From: Parcubacteria group bacterium
GTDB lineage: Bacteria > Patescibacteriota > Minisyncoccia > Moranbacterales > UBA2206
NCBI GenBank assembly: GCA_041662285.1
Contig: JBAZSS010000003.1
Span: forward strand, 1 to 45,661
DNA length: 45,661 nucleotides
Reading direction: 5' to 3'
In this document: one piece after another, positions 23,015 to 31,253 of the stretch
How positions within the stretch are numbered: the stretch's first letter is position 1
Layout of the letters: each line of letters opens with the position of its first letter
The notes under the pieces: model-generated
The model's database searches: none
The model's input: the letters and a program-made list of their open reading frames with translations, nothing else
Told to the model about the DNA's origin: nothing
Position numbers and translations under genes: made by a program

Positions 23015-24703
23015 ATGTTTAATTTTCCTGACCCAAAAACCACAGACCCTAAAAAGCGTCGCATACAGCGAATGCTGGAAGTTATTCCGGGAATTTTGAC
23101 TTGGACAACGCTTATTGGCATGTTTATTTTTTCTTTTCTTTTACCTGTTTATGTGGCTATTTTTATTATAGTCTTTGATATCTACTGGATTTATCGAACG
23201 ATTTTTATCGCGTATTATTCAGTAGTAGGATACAAAAAGCTAAGGGCGGGTAAGGAAATTGACTGGTGGGAAAGGTGTCAAAATATTATGAATCCAGATA
23301 AGTATGCAAAAATAATAGACGAACGTATTTCAAATATGTCTAAAAGTCTGACAGAGAGTAATGAACTACCCAGAAAAGAAAAGAAAATTTTAAAGAAAGA
23401 AATATTTAAGTGCCAAGAATATTTAGAAGAAATTGAAAAAATCTCAAAAATCAAAGATCAAATTTTGGATTGGCGGGAAATCGTGCATGTAGTTCTTTTG
23501 CCAACTGCCGGAGAACCAGCGGAAGTCATTGAGCCGGCAATCCAAGCTATAGCTGACTGCAATTTTCCTAATCAGCAATTTATCATTCTCTTAGCTACAG
23601 AAGAAAGAGAGTCAGAAGAACAAAGACTAGAAAAAGTTAATTATCTGAAAAATAAATTCCAAGGAGTTTTTCGTGATTTTCTTGTTACCACGCATATTGT
23701 AGCCGGAGGAGAAATGAAATGCAAAGCATCAAACGCAACTTTTGCGGCTAAAGAACTTATGAAATATCTTGATTTGCACGGAGTTGATTATAAAAAAGTT
23801 CTTCTATCTAATTTTGATTGCGATACTGTGGCTCATCCGCAATATTTTGCTGCGCTTACATATAACTTCATAACAGAGCCTAAACGTTTGCAACTCGCCT
23901 ATCAGCCTTTGCCGATGTACCACAATAATCTTTGGGACACTAACGCTTTTGTGCGGGTGATTGTGACAGGTTCAAGTTTTTGGCATATCTTTCAAAGTAC
24001 CAGACCAGAAGGAATGGTGACATTCGCTTCGCACAGTGAATCTTTTGATACTTTGGTGAAAGTTGGATTTTGGCCAGTGAATATAATCAATGAAGACTCG
24101 ATAATTTACTGGAAAGGGTTTTCCTATTTTCACGGAGACTATAGGGTAAAGCCGATTCATTTGCCAGTTTCTTTGGATGCAGTTTTAGCAGAAACATATT
24201 GGAAAACTATCAAGAATCAATATAAGCAAAAAAGACGCTGGGCTTATGGCATTGAACATTTCCCAACTGTTATGCGAGCGATTGTGCCAGACAAAAAAAT
24301 TTCGCGTTGGAAAAAATTTACCGTAGCCTTTGAAATGTTAGAAGGACATCACAGTTGGGCAACAGCTAGCATGATCTTGGCGATCTTAGGGTGGCTTCCA
24401 CTTATTTTTGGCGGGGATGAATTCAATCAATCTGTTTTAGCACATAATCTTCCCTTTATCACGCGTTATCTCATGACTTTGGCTATGATGGGTTTAGTTA
24501 TATCAATGTCGCTTAGCTTCCTTTTGATGCCACCACGTCCTAAAAAATATTCTAAATGGAGAAATATATATATGATACTACAATGGGCCTTAGTGCCGAT
24601 TATTTCGCCATTTCTTGGTTCAATGCCGGCTATTGATTCACAAACCAGAATAATGCTCGGAAAATATTTCGGAGAATTCTGGGTGACGCCTAAACGTAAA
24701 TAG
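23015..24703 (+). CDS. Membrane glycosyltransferase family 2 (processive, cellulose/chitin-synthase-like)
   Basis: TM helices flank a GT-A domain. It has an NFDCDT (DxD-like) motif and a QKRRW (QxxRW) motif. Confidence 0.8.
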   Translation: MFNFPDPKTTDPKKRRIQRMLEVIPGILTWTTLIGMFIFSFLLPVYVAIFIIVFDIYWIYRTIFIAYYSVVGYKKLRAGKEIDWWERCQNIMNPDKYAKIIDERISNMSKSLTESNELPRKEKKILKKEIFKCQEYLEEIEKISKIKDQILDWREIVHVVLLPTAGEPAEVIEPAIQAIADCNFPNQQFIILLATEERESEEQRLEKVNYLKNKFQGVFRDFLVTTHIVAGGEMKCKASNATFAAKELMKYLDLHGVDYKKVLLSNFDCDTVAHPQYFAALTYNFITEPKRLQLAYQPLPMYHNNLWDTNAFVRVIVTGSSFWHIFQSTRPEGMVTFASHSESFDTLVKVGFWPVNIINEDSIIYWKGFSYFHGDYRVKPIHLPVSLDAVLAETYWKTIKNQYKQKRRWAYGIEHFPTVMRAIVPDKKISRWKKFTVAFEMLEGHHSWATASMILAILGWLPLIFGGDEFNQSVLAHNLPFITRYLMTLAMMGLVISMSLSFLLMPPRPKKYSKWRNIYMILQWALVPIISPFLGSMPAIDSQTRIMLGKYFGEFWVTPKRK

Positions 24704-24711
24704 AAAATAAA

Positions 24712-25740
24712 ATGAAATATCTAATCCCGTTTCTAATTTCACTGACACTTACAGTAATTTCAATTTATGGGATTATTCTTTTTACGAAAGAAATAAAATG
24801 GTTAGGCAGGGTTGGTTTGCGCCATATTCACAAAAATAATATCTCAAGACTGGGTGGGTTGGTGATGATTGTGATTTTTGATTTTTCGATTCTCGTGAAT
24901 AGAGATTTGTTTATAACCCCTCAACTTTATGGTTTTCTGATTAGCAATATCATTCTTCTCTCAGTTTATTTTTGGGATGATCTCGGAGAAATTCGCTGGA
25001 AAATTCAACTTTTTGGGCAAATCGCTGTGTCAGTTTTTGTTTTTATTATGGGAGTCAGAATCTATTATGTGACTAATCCGCTAAATGGCGGAATCTTGAG
25101 GTTAGATTCAAGCTTGGGCGTGGTTTTTTCTGTTACCCTAGTTATCTTTTGGTTAGTTTTACTTATGAATGCTATTAATTGGGCAGATGGAATCGATGGT
25201 CTTTCTGGTGGCATTACTTTTATAACAGTGGCTACGATATTTTTTTTGAGTTTTCGCTCAGAGGTAAACCAGCCACCCATCGCTGTTATGTGTGCAATTT
25301 TAATGGGAACTATCCTGGGATTTTTGATGTTTAATTTTTATCCATCGAAAATCATTGCTGGAACAACGGGCGCAATGTTTATGGGTTTTTCTTTGGGAAT
25401 TTTGGCTATTTTCGCTGGCACAAAAATTGCTACTTCTCTTTTAGCTTTGGCTATTCCAATTATTGATTTTTTCTGGGTGATTGGCGAAAGAATTCGCAAT
25501 AAGAAATCAATATTTATTCCCGATCGAAACCATCTGCACTACAAGCTGATGGAATTAGGCTGGTCTCAGCGAAAAATAGTTCTGGGTTACTGGATAATTA
25601 CAAGTATTATCGCTTGTGTTGCTCTTAACACTCGGGCGATTGGCAAGGGGATTACCTTGCTTTTAGTGTTAATAATTATGATAACTTCAATTTTGATTAT
25701 AAATAGAAAAATTTCTAAATTGGATAATGCAAAAAATTAA
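24712..25740 (+). CDS. Polyprenyl-phosphate N-acetylhexosamine-1-phosphate transferase (WecA/TagO/MraY family, GT4)
   Basis: ISRLGGL and NAINWADGIDGLSGG motifs and about 10 TM helices. The N-terminal pattern looks more like WecA than MraY. Confidence 0.85.
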   Translation: MKYLIPFLISLTLTVISIYGIILFTKEIKWLGRVGLRHIHKNNISRLGGLVMIVIFDFSILVNRDLFITPQLYGFLISNIILLSVYFWDDLGEIRWKIQLFGQIAVSVFVFIMGVRIYYVTNPLNGGILRLDSSLGVVFSVTLVIFWLVLLMNAINWADGIDGLSGGITFITVATIFFLSFRSEVNQPPIAVMCAILMGTILGFLMFNFYPSKIIAGTTGAMFMGFSLGILAIFAGTKIATSLLALAIPIIDFFWVIGERIRNKKSIFIPDRNHLHYKLMELGWSQRKIVLGYWIITSIIACVALNTRAIGKGITLLLVLIIMITSILIINRKISKLDNAKN

Positions 25741-26182
25741 TCTAAAAACAAAAAATACTGGAAAGATATTAGCAATTATTCTCTTAATATTTTTTTTAAC
25801 GTCGATAATAACAGGATCTTTTTATTTTAGTAAACATGGAATAGTTGAAATTGGGGGTCAAAAGTTTTTTGTAGAATTGGCGAAAACTCCCGAAAAGCAG
25901 ATGCAAGGCTTGGGTGGTCGAGCGAAAATGAGAGAAAAAGAAGGGATGCTTTTTGATTTTGGAAAATATGGCAAATATTCTTTTTGGATGAAAGATGCGA
26001 AATTTGATTTGGATATACTCTGGATAAACGAAGGGAAAATAGTCCATATTGCGGAAAATGTTTCTCATGAATCTCTAGAAACAATCAATCCGCAGATTAC
26101 GGCGGATAAGGTTTTGGAAATAAATAGTGGACTAACGGACAAATATAATTTCAAGATAGGGGATAGTGTGAAAATATACTGA
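25727..26182 (+). CDS. DUF192 domain protein
   Basis: GMLFDF...FWMKD..F.LDILWI pattern and an N-terminal signal anchor. Confidence 0.75.
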   Translation: MQKINLKTKNTGKILAIILLIFFLTSIITGSFYFSKHGIVEIGGQKFFVELAKTPEKQMQGLGGRAKMREKEGMLFDFGKYGKYSFWMKDAKFDLDILWINEGKIVHIAENVSHESLETINPQITADKVLEINSGLTDKYNFKIGDSVKIY

Positions 26183-26190
26183 ATTTTACA

Positions 26191-26239
26191 TATATAACAA
26201 AAATCCTTCCCGCTAAGCGAGAAGGATTTTTGTTATATA
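26191..26239. terminator. Bidirectional terminator with a 19-bp perfect inverted repeat
   Basis: TATATAACAAAAATCCTTC (26191-26209) / GAAGGATTTTTGTTATATA (26221-26239), between convergent genes. Confidence 0.85.
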
Positions 26240-26299
26240 GAAAGTAATAATATACTTGCCTAAAAAAAGAACAAAGTGATTATGAATAAAGGAAATCTA

Positions 26300-26884
26300 T
26301 TATGACAACGATGGTACTCGAACGGCATATTTATGTAGATTTTTCAATTGGTTGTCGTTGAGATTTTTAGATTTTGAAATTGCATCCTTAATCAAATCTT
26401 TTGAGAATTCTATTGATGTGCCTACAGAAACTCTTCCTTTGTGTCCTGAATTTTTACGCAAATAATCTTCAATATAGATCTTGTGTTCAGCCATGAGCGT
26501 TGAATCGGGATTTTTTTCAAGAAAATCAGCAAGAGCTCTTCGCGCTAATTTTGTTTGACTGTCGCCCTTAATTGCTGTTTCAATCAAAGAATTTTCAGTT
26601 TCTTGACTTGTAGCAATCGAAGAAGTTTCTTTTTCGCCAGAAACAGTACTGTCATTGACGGCTTCTTGTTTCACAATAGAATTATTCTCTTCATTTAAGG
26701 CTATGGTCGGCTCATCAATCTGTGGAGATTCTGTTCGCTTAGAATAGGAATAGATTCCTCCAGCAATCAAAATTACGATAAGAATGCTTACGATAATTCG
26801 CATATTATCTTCTAACCATTCTTTCATTTTATTTTGAGTAGATTCTTCTTCTGTAGTTTTTTCATCTAGTTCTTGGTTATCCAT
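26300..26884 (-). CDS. Hypothetical membrane-anchored protein (194 aa from the ATG at 26884; the GTG at 26893 is an alternative start)
   Basis: Acidic N-terminus, one TM helix (IIVSILIVILIAGGIY) and an extracytoplasmic C-terminal domain. GGAAGGTGA lies 5 nt upstream of the ATG. Confidence 0.6.
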   Translation of the reverse strand: MDNQELDEKTTEEESTQNKMKEWLEDNMRIIVSILIVILIAGGIYSYSKRTESPQIDEPTIALNEENNSIVKQEAVNDSTVSGEKETSSIATSQETENSLIETAIKGDSQTKLARRALADFLEKNPDSTLMAEHKIYIEDYLRKNSGHKGRVSVGTSIEFSKDLIKDAISKSKNLNDNQLKNLHKYAVRVPSLS

Positions 26885-26887
26885 AAT

Positions 26888-26907
26888 TTTCACCTTCCTT
26901 TCTATTT
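26888..26907. repeat. Left arm of a 20-bp perfect inverted repeat (partner at 27298-27317) that contains the Shine-Dalgarno of both divergent genes
   Basis: TTTCACCTTCCTTTCTATTT is the exact reverse complement of AAATAGAAAGGAAGGTGAAA at 27298-27317. Confidence 0.9.
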
Positions 26908-26956
26908 AATATTTATTGTTTTTAACGTGCTTTCGTTGAAGCTATTCTTCTACTAA

Positions 26957-26985
26957 ATTTTAACTTCATCTGGTGCAAGCGTCAA
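26957..26985 (-). promoter_or_regulatory. Promoter on the minus strand, TTGACG-17 nt-TAAAAT
   Basis: On the minus strand the -35 TTGACG corresponds to 26980-26985 and the -10 TAAAAT to 26957-26962. It would drive the 26884 gene. Confidence 0.55.
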
Positions 26986-27144
26986 CTAGACAAAGGAGCT
27001 TATTTAGGGCGTAATAAATAGATAATTTTAACTTCTTAATAATTATTTCTCTTAATTATTTTTTAAAAAATTAAAAAATAATTTAGCAAATTAATTTTTT
27101 TCATAAATATTTTTATAAAAAAGAAATAATTTATTTTTTTCACC

Positions 27145-27153
27145 TGTGGATAA
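27145..27153 (-). promoter_or_regulatory. Perfect consensus DnaA box (TGTGGATAA on the plus strand)
   Basis: Exact reverse complement of TTATCCACA. It adjoins a ~150-bp run of almost pure A/T. Confidence 0.3.
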
Positions 27154-27163
27154 CTTTTTTCTA

Positions 27164-27191
27164 TTGCAAAAAAAAATATATGTTGTATAAT
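27164..27191 (+). promoter_or_regulatory. Possible promoter TTGCAA-16 nt-TATAAT
   Basis: The -35 is at 27164-27169 and the -10 at 27186-27191. It is about 130 nt upstream of the small ORF. Confidence 0.35.
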
Positions 27192-27297
27192 TAAGTTAAG
27201 AAAAATATTTTTATCCGATAACATTCGGAAGAATAATTTTTTTCAAAACAAAAGGTCGAAAATAAAAATGTAAATTATTTTAAAGTTAAAAAAATAA

Positions 27298-27317
27298 AAA
27301 TAGAAAGGAAGGTGAAA
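27298..27317. repeat. Right arm of the 20-bp perfect inverted repeat (partner at 26888-26907)
   Basis: AAATAGAAAGGAAGGTGAAA. Confidence 0.9.
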
Positions 27318-27322
27318 TCAAC

Positions 27323-27418
27323 ATGGCAGCAAAAAAGAAAGCAGCTAAAAAAGCTACAAAGAAAAAAGCTACAAAGAAAGTAGCAAAAAAGAAAGCAACA
27401 AAGAAGAAAAAGAAATAG
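27323..27418 (+). CDS. Unannotated 31-aa lysine/alanine-rich ORF (histone H1/Hc-like AKKA repeats)
   Basis: ATG at 27323 and TAG at 27416-27418. Translation MAAKKKAAKKATKKKATKKVAKKKATKKKKK. GGAAGGTGA lies 7 nt upstream and a strong terminator lies downstream. It is below the ORF-track length cutoff. Confidence 0.5.
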   Translation: MAAKKKAAKKATKKKATKKVAKKKATKKKKK

Positions 27419-27465
27419 TCTTTTTTGAATAATTGTTCTTTAATGCCTTAGGTATTATTGATAAA

Positions 27466-27495
27466 GCAAAAAATCGCGAAATCGCGATTTTTTGC
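27466..27495. terminator. Bidirectional terminator
   Basis: Perfect 13-bp stem GCAAAAAATCGCG (27466-27478) / CGCGATTTTTTGC (27483-27495), between the small ORF (+) and prmC (-). Confidence 0.85.
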
Positions 27496-27516
27496 TTTGA
27501 AAATAGGCCTAGTCGA

Positions 27517-28398
27517 TTATATCTCAAAGATAGCAACGCGCCATTTTTGGGCTAAATCTTTTCGAAATTCAATATGGGCATTAGGAAAATATTTTCTGAT
27601 TAATTTTGCAATTTTTTGTTTTTGTTCAGGACTTATTTCAAGAATCAACGAACAATGATCAATGATCAATGAGATATTTTTTATTTGTTTAAATAATTTT
27701 TCATAATGATCAAGTCCATCGATTCCGGAAAGTAGAGCGGACTTTGGTTCAAAGTTTTTTACATCAGGCATCGCTTCAGAATAAATTTTTTTCGAAAGAT
27801 AGGGGAGATTGGCAATTACAATGCAGTGATTAGTAATCAAGGAACAATGATCAATAAAATATTTTAGTAAATCAGATTTAATAAATTTGATTTTATTGTT
27901 AAGTTTATGAATTTTAGAATTTTTTTTGGCAATAGCCAATGCTTTTTCTGAAATATCAATTCCGAAGTATTTAATTTTATTACTGTTCATTGATTGTTGT
28001 TCATTGTTCTTTGCGATAGACATAATTATATTTCCACTACCGGTTCCAATATCGATAATTGTTTTATTTTGCGGATTCAATTTTAAAACATTTTCAACTA
28101 ATAGTTCTGTCTCTGGGCGGGGAATCAAAGTATGCTTATTTACCTTAAAATTAAGGCCGTAGAACTCTTTTTGACCGAGAATATAGGCAATTGGTTCATA
28201 GTTCAGTCTTCTTTTGATAAGATTAGTGAATTTCGCGACTTGCCTAGAGGTTAATTCTTTTTCCAGATGAATCATCACATATTCTCGAGGTTTTTTGAGA
28301 ATAAAGCCGAGCAAAAGCTCCGCATCAAGTTGCGGAGTTATAATCTTCTTTTCTTTTAGTTTTTCGATTGATTCAGCGAGAATCTGATTTATATTCAT
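27517..28398 (-). CDS. prmC: Release factor glutamine N5-methyltransferase PrmC/HemK
   Basis: IDIGTGSGNI (SAM motif I), ANLPY in place of NPPY, and a HemK N-terminal domain. It lies immediately downstream of prfA. Confidence 0.88.
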   Translation of the reverse strand: MNINQILAESIEKLKEKKIITPQLDAELLLGFILKKPREYVMIHLEKELTSRQVAKFTNLIKRRLNYEPIAYILGQKEFYGLNFKVNKHTLIPRPETELLVENVLKLNPQNKTIIDIGTGSGNIIMSIAKNNEQQSMNSNKIKYFGIDISEKALAIAKKNSKIHKLNNKIKFIKSDLLKYFIDHCSLITNHCIVIANLPYLSKKIYSEAMPDVKNFEPKSALLSGIDGLDHYEKLFKQIKNISLIIDHCSLILEISPEQKQKIAKLIRKYFPNAHIEFRKDLAQKWRVAIFEI

Positions 28399-28409
28399 CT
28401 CTTCTTAAT

Positions 28410-29477
28410 TTAAATTTTCCCCAATTTTCTTTTCGCATCTTCCTCTTGTAGGACAACCATCATTTCGTCTAAATTTCCTTCAAGGATAGATTTAATATTA
28501 CTCCAGCTTTGTTTTATGCGATGATCGGTGATGCGATCTTGTGGAAAATTGTAAGTGCGGATTTTTTCACTGCGGTCACCCGTACCAATTTGCGATTTTC
28601 GTGCGTCGCCAAGTTCTTTGGCTTTTCTTTCATCTTCCAACTGCAAGAGACGAGAGCGCAAAACTTTCATAGCCTTTTCTTTATTTTTGATTTGGGATTT
28701 TTCATCTTGGCAAGAAACTATAAGGTTAGTCGGAATGTGAGTGATGCGCACAGCGGATTTGGTAGTGTTGACGGATTGTCCTCCAGGGCCGGAAGAACAA
28801 AAAGTGTCAATTCTGATGTCTTTTTCTTCTATTTTTAAATCTACTTCTTCTGCTTCCGGCAAAACTGCCACAGTAGCGGTAGAAGTGTGTACTCGGCCAT
28901 TTTTTTCCGTTTCAGGAATTCTTTGCACGCGATGCACCCCAGATTCATATTTCATTTTTTCATAGACATTATTTCCATTAATTTCAAAGACAACTTCTTT
29001 ATACCCACCAATCCCGATGACATTGGAATTGAGAAGTACGGTGCTCCAACGATTTTTTTCCGCATATTTAGCATACATTTGAAAAAGATCTCCAGCAAAA
29101 AGAGCCGATTCATCTCCACCGGCGCCAGCCCGAATTTCCACGATAACATTTTTGTGGTCATTAGGATCCTTAGGAAGAAAAGTTTTTTCTAATTCTTTTT
29201 CCAAGAGGGCCTTTTTTGCGCTCAGGGTGACATTTTCTTCCATAGCCATTTGTTTCATTTCTGGATCTTCTTCAGCGGAATTGATAATCACAGCATTCTC
29301 TGCCATTGCTTTTTCCATTCTTTCCAATGCGTTTATATTCTCCATCGTTTCTGAGAGTTCAGCTTGTCTTTTGCCAAGTTCGCCCATCTTCTTGGCATCA
29401 CTAAAAATATCCGGGCTATTAAGCTCAGTGGAAATTTCCTCATATTCTTTCCTAATTTTCTCGATTTGTTCTTTCAT
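28410..29477 (-). CDS. prfA: Peptide chain release factor 1
   Basis: [11 protein letters not shown] (GGQ) and PET-containing tripeptide region (RIPETEK). Length 355 aa. Confidence 0.97.
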   Translation of the reverse strand: MKEQIEKIRKEYEEISTELNSPDIFSDAKKMGELGKRQAELSETMENINALERMEKAMAENAVIINSAEEDPEMKQMAMEENVTLSAKKALLEKELEKTFLPKDPNDHKNVIVEIRAGAGGDESALFAGDLFQMYAKYAEKNRWSTVLLNSNVIGIGGYKEVVFEINGNNVYEKMKYESGVHRVQRIPETEKNGRVHTSTATVAVLPEAEEVDLKIEEKDIRIDTFCSSGPGGQSVNTTKSAVRITHIPTNLIVSCQDEKSQIKNKEKAMKVLRSRLLQLEDERKAKELGDARKSQIGTGDRSEKIRTYNFPQDRITDHRIKQSWSNIKSILEGNLDEMMVVLQEEDAKRKLGKI

Positions 29478-29481
29478 AACA

Positions 29482-29560
29482 CTACGAATTACCCGCCTCG
29501 ACTCGCAAGGTGATTGTTCGTCGACGCGAGGCGGGCGAATTTATACAAATTTACGAATAT
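29482..29560. repeat. TACGAAT-family repeat, copy 4 (directly upstream of prfA on the minus strand)
   Basis: CTACGAAT at 29482-29489, GCGAAT at 29535-29540 and TACGAAT at 29552-29558. They flank a 9-bp GC stem CCCGCCTCG (29492-29500) / CGAGGCGGG (29527-29535), which encloses GATTGTTCG. Confidence 0.75.
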
Positions 29561-29692
29561 ACAAATCCCAGTTTTTTTGTTATAATTAAACTATAAATTA
29601 AGTGTATATAATATTTGCAAAATTAGCAATATTTAGCTGATTAAGTTAGTAAGGATAATTTTAAACTCATATTTACAAAGCTATCGAGAAGG

Positions 29693-30112
29693 ATGAAAAT
29701 ATATAAAACAAAAATTAAAAAATATTCAGGTTCTGATTTTAGTGAGGTTCATCAAAAAGCTTTTGGACTTTACTCGCAGATAAAAAGAAAATCGAAACGT
29801 CGTGCCTATTTGCGATCAGCATATTTTAATAAAGACAAGATATTCATAGATTTGTTTTGGCATCATTTGTTTGAAAAAGAAAATTGGCGTGATCGAGTAA
29901 GGCGTATGAAATATTTTAGTTGTGCTGTAGAATTAATTAGAAATTCACGATTTGAGCCGAAATCAAAAGAAAACCCAAACACATCCTCAGAAATATTGCA
30001 TCGTTTTTATGGTATAACAGCGGAACACGAATTATTTTGTGTGCAAATTAAAGAAGAGAAAAAGAAAAGTCAAAAGTTTTTAATTTCCGTTTTTCCAACA
30101 GACGGTCCATGA
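29693..30112 (+). CDS. Hypothetical basic protein (139 aa)
   Basis: Clean ORF. I recognise no family. Confidence 0.5.
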   Translation: MKIYKTKIKKYSGSDFSEVHQKAFGLYSQIKRKSKRRAYLRSAYFNKDKIFIDLFWHHLFEKENWRDRVRRMKYFSCAVELIRNSRFEPKSKENPNTSSEILHRFYGITAEHELFCVQIKEEKKKSQKFLISVFPTDGP

Positions 30113-30271
30113 TATGCGGATAAATAAAAAAAGACCCTCCGCTAAGTGTGGTGTATAAACCACGGCCGAAAGCCTTTTTCTATATATAATACTACCAGAT
30201 TCTGGAAATATGTCAATAGCGAAATAAATGGCTCAAAAAAGCCAAAATAATCCAATAATAATCAAAATTTT

Positions 30272-31198
30272 ATGCAAAAAATATTAATTATAGGGAGTAA
30301 GGGGATGCTGGGGCAGGAGTTGGTAAAAACATTTAAGAAAGACAAGGATTATAAGGTAATTGCGTGGGATAGAGAAGATATTGATATTTCTAAGGAAAAA
30401 GAAGTTTCCAAAAAAATTGGTTTTACAAAACCTAATATTATCATCAACGCGGCGGCATATAATGCGGTGGATAAATGCGAGGAAGATAAAAAGGAATATA
30501 AATTAGCTTTGGAGTTAAACGGTAAGGCGCCGGGGTATTTAGCCAAGTCAGCCAAAAAAAACAAGGCTGTATTGGTGCATTATTCAACCGACTATGTTTT
30601 TGATGGTGAACCGGAAATTCCGGAACCGGCTGGTTGCTCTCATTCTTGTGCTTCTTGTTCGCTTCATCAGGGATTTGCTCCAGAGGTTGGATTTGATGAA
30701 ACGGCAAAGCCTGCGCCAATTAGCAATTATGGAAAGTCGAAATTAATGGGTGAAAAAGAAGTAGCAAAAAATATGAAAAGTTATTATATTATTCGACTTT
30801 CCAAATTATTTGGTAGTCCAGCTATGGGAGAAGGAGCAAAAAGAAGTTTTTTTGATGTAATGCTTGAAGTGGGAAAGAAGAATGAGGAAGTTAAGGCAGT
30901 AGACGAAGAAACAAGTTGCTTTACTTATGCGCCGGATTTAGCCAAAAAAACTAAGGAAATAATTGATGCCAAAAAGCCTTTTGGAATATATCATATTGTG
31001 AATAGCGACCCTTGCACATGGTACGAAGCTGTCGTAGAATTATATCGTCAAGCGAAAATAAAAATTAAAATTATTCCAGTTGATGGAAATGAATTTCCTC
31101 GACCAGCTAAGCGACCGTTTTATTCAGTTTTGATAAACACTAAATTAAATCCAATGAGAAGTTGGAAGGAGGCGTTGAAAGAGTATTTGAAAAGGTAA
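30272..31198 (+). CDS. rfbD: dTDP-4-dehydrorhamnose reductase (RmlD/RfbD) with a ~22-aa internal insertion
   Basis: ILIIGSKGMLG Rossmann fold, HYSTDYVFDG and YGKSKLMGE (YxxxK). Confidence 0.85.
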   Translation: MQKILIIGSKGMLGQELVKTFKKDKDYKVIAWDREDIDISKEKEVSKKIGFTKPNIIINAAAYNAVDKCEEDKKEYKLALELNGKAPGYLAKSAKKNKAVLVHYSTDYVFDGEPEIPEPAGCSHSCASCSLHQGFAPEVGFDETAKPAPISNYGKSKLMGEKEVAKNMKSYYIIRLSKLFGSPAMGEGAKRSFFDVMLEVGKKNEEVKAVDEETSCFTYAPDLAKKTKEIIDAKKPFGIYHIVNSDPCTWYEAVVELYRQAKIKIKIIPVDGNEFPRPAKRPFYSVLINTKLNPMRSWKEALKEYLKR

Positions 31199-31203
31199 AT
31201 CTT

Positions 31204-31246
31204 TACTAATTACTAATTAAGTACGAATATACTAATAAAATTCGTA
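31204..31246. repeat. Heptamer repeat block, copy 5: TACTAAT x3 and a TACGAAT/ATTCGTA hairpin
   Basis: TACTAAT at 31204-31210, 31211-31217 and 31230-31236. TACGAAT at 31222-31228 and ATTCGTA at 31240-31246. Confidence 0.7.
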
Positions 31247-31253
31247 AAAAATT

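Noticed and set aside
26885-27322. Confident oriC call
   Set aside because: I found only one perfect DnaA box, no cluster of relaxed boxes and no dnaA/dnaN. Gene orientation flips several times in the window, so there is no clean leading-strand switch. I kept it only as a low-confidence finding.
28410-29477. Programmed frameshift in the release factor gene
   Set aside because: That mechanism belongs to prfB. This gene is an uninterrupted prfA with an intact GGQ motif and full length.
30113-30271. Structured RNA or terminator after the 139-aa gene (GTGGT/ACCAC hairpin, GGC-CGAAA-GCC, and the CCGCTAAG 8-mer also found in the 26210 terminator loop)
   Set aside because: The stems are only 3-5 bp, and a shared 8-mer could be chance. 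I could not assemble a convincing fold or a promoter.
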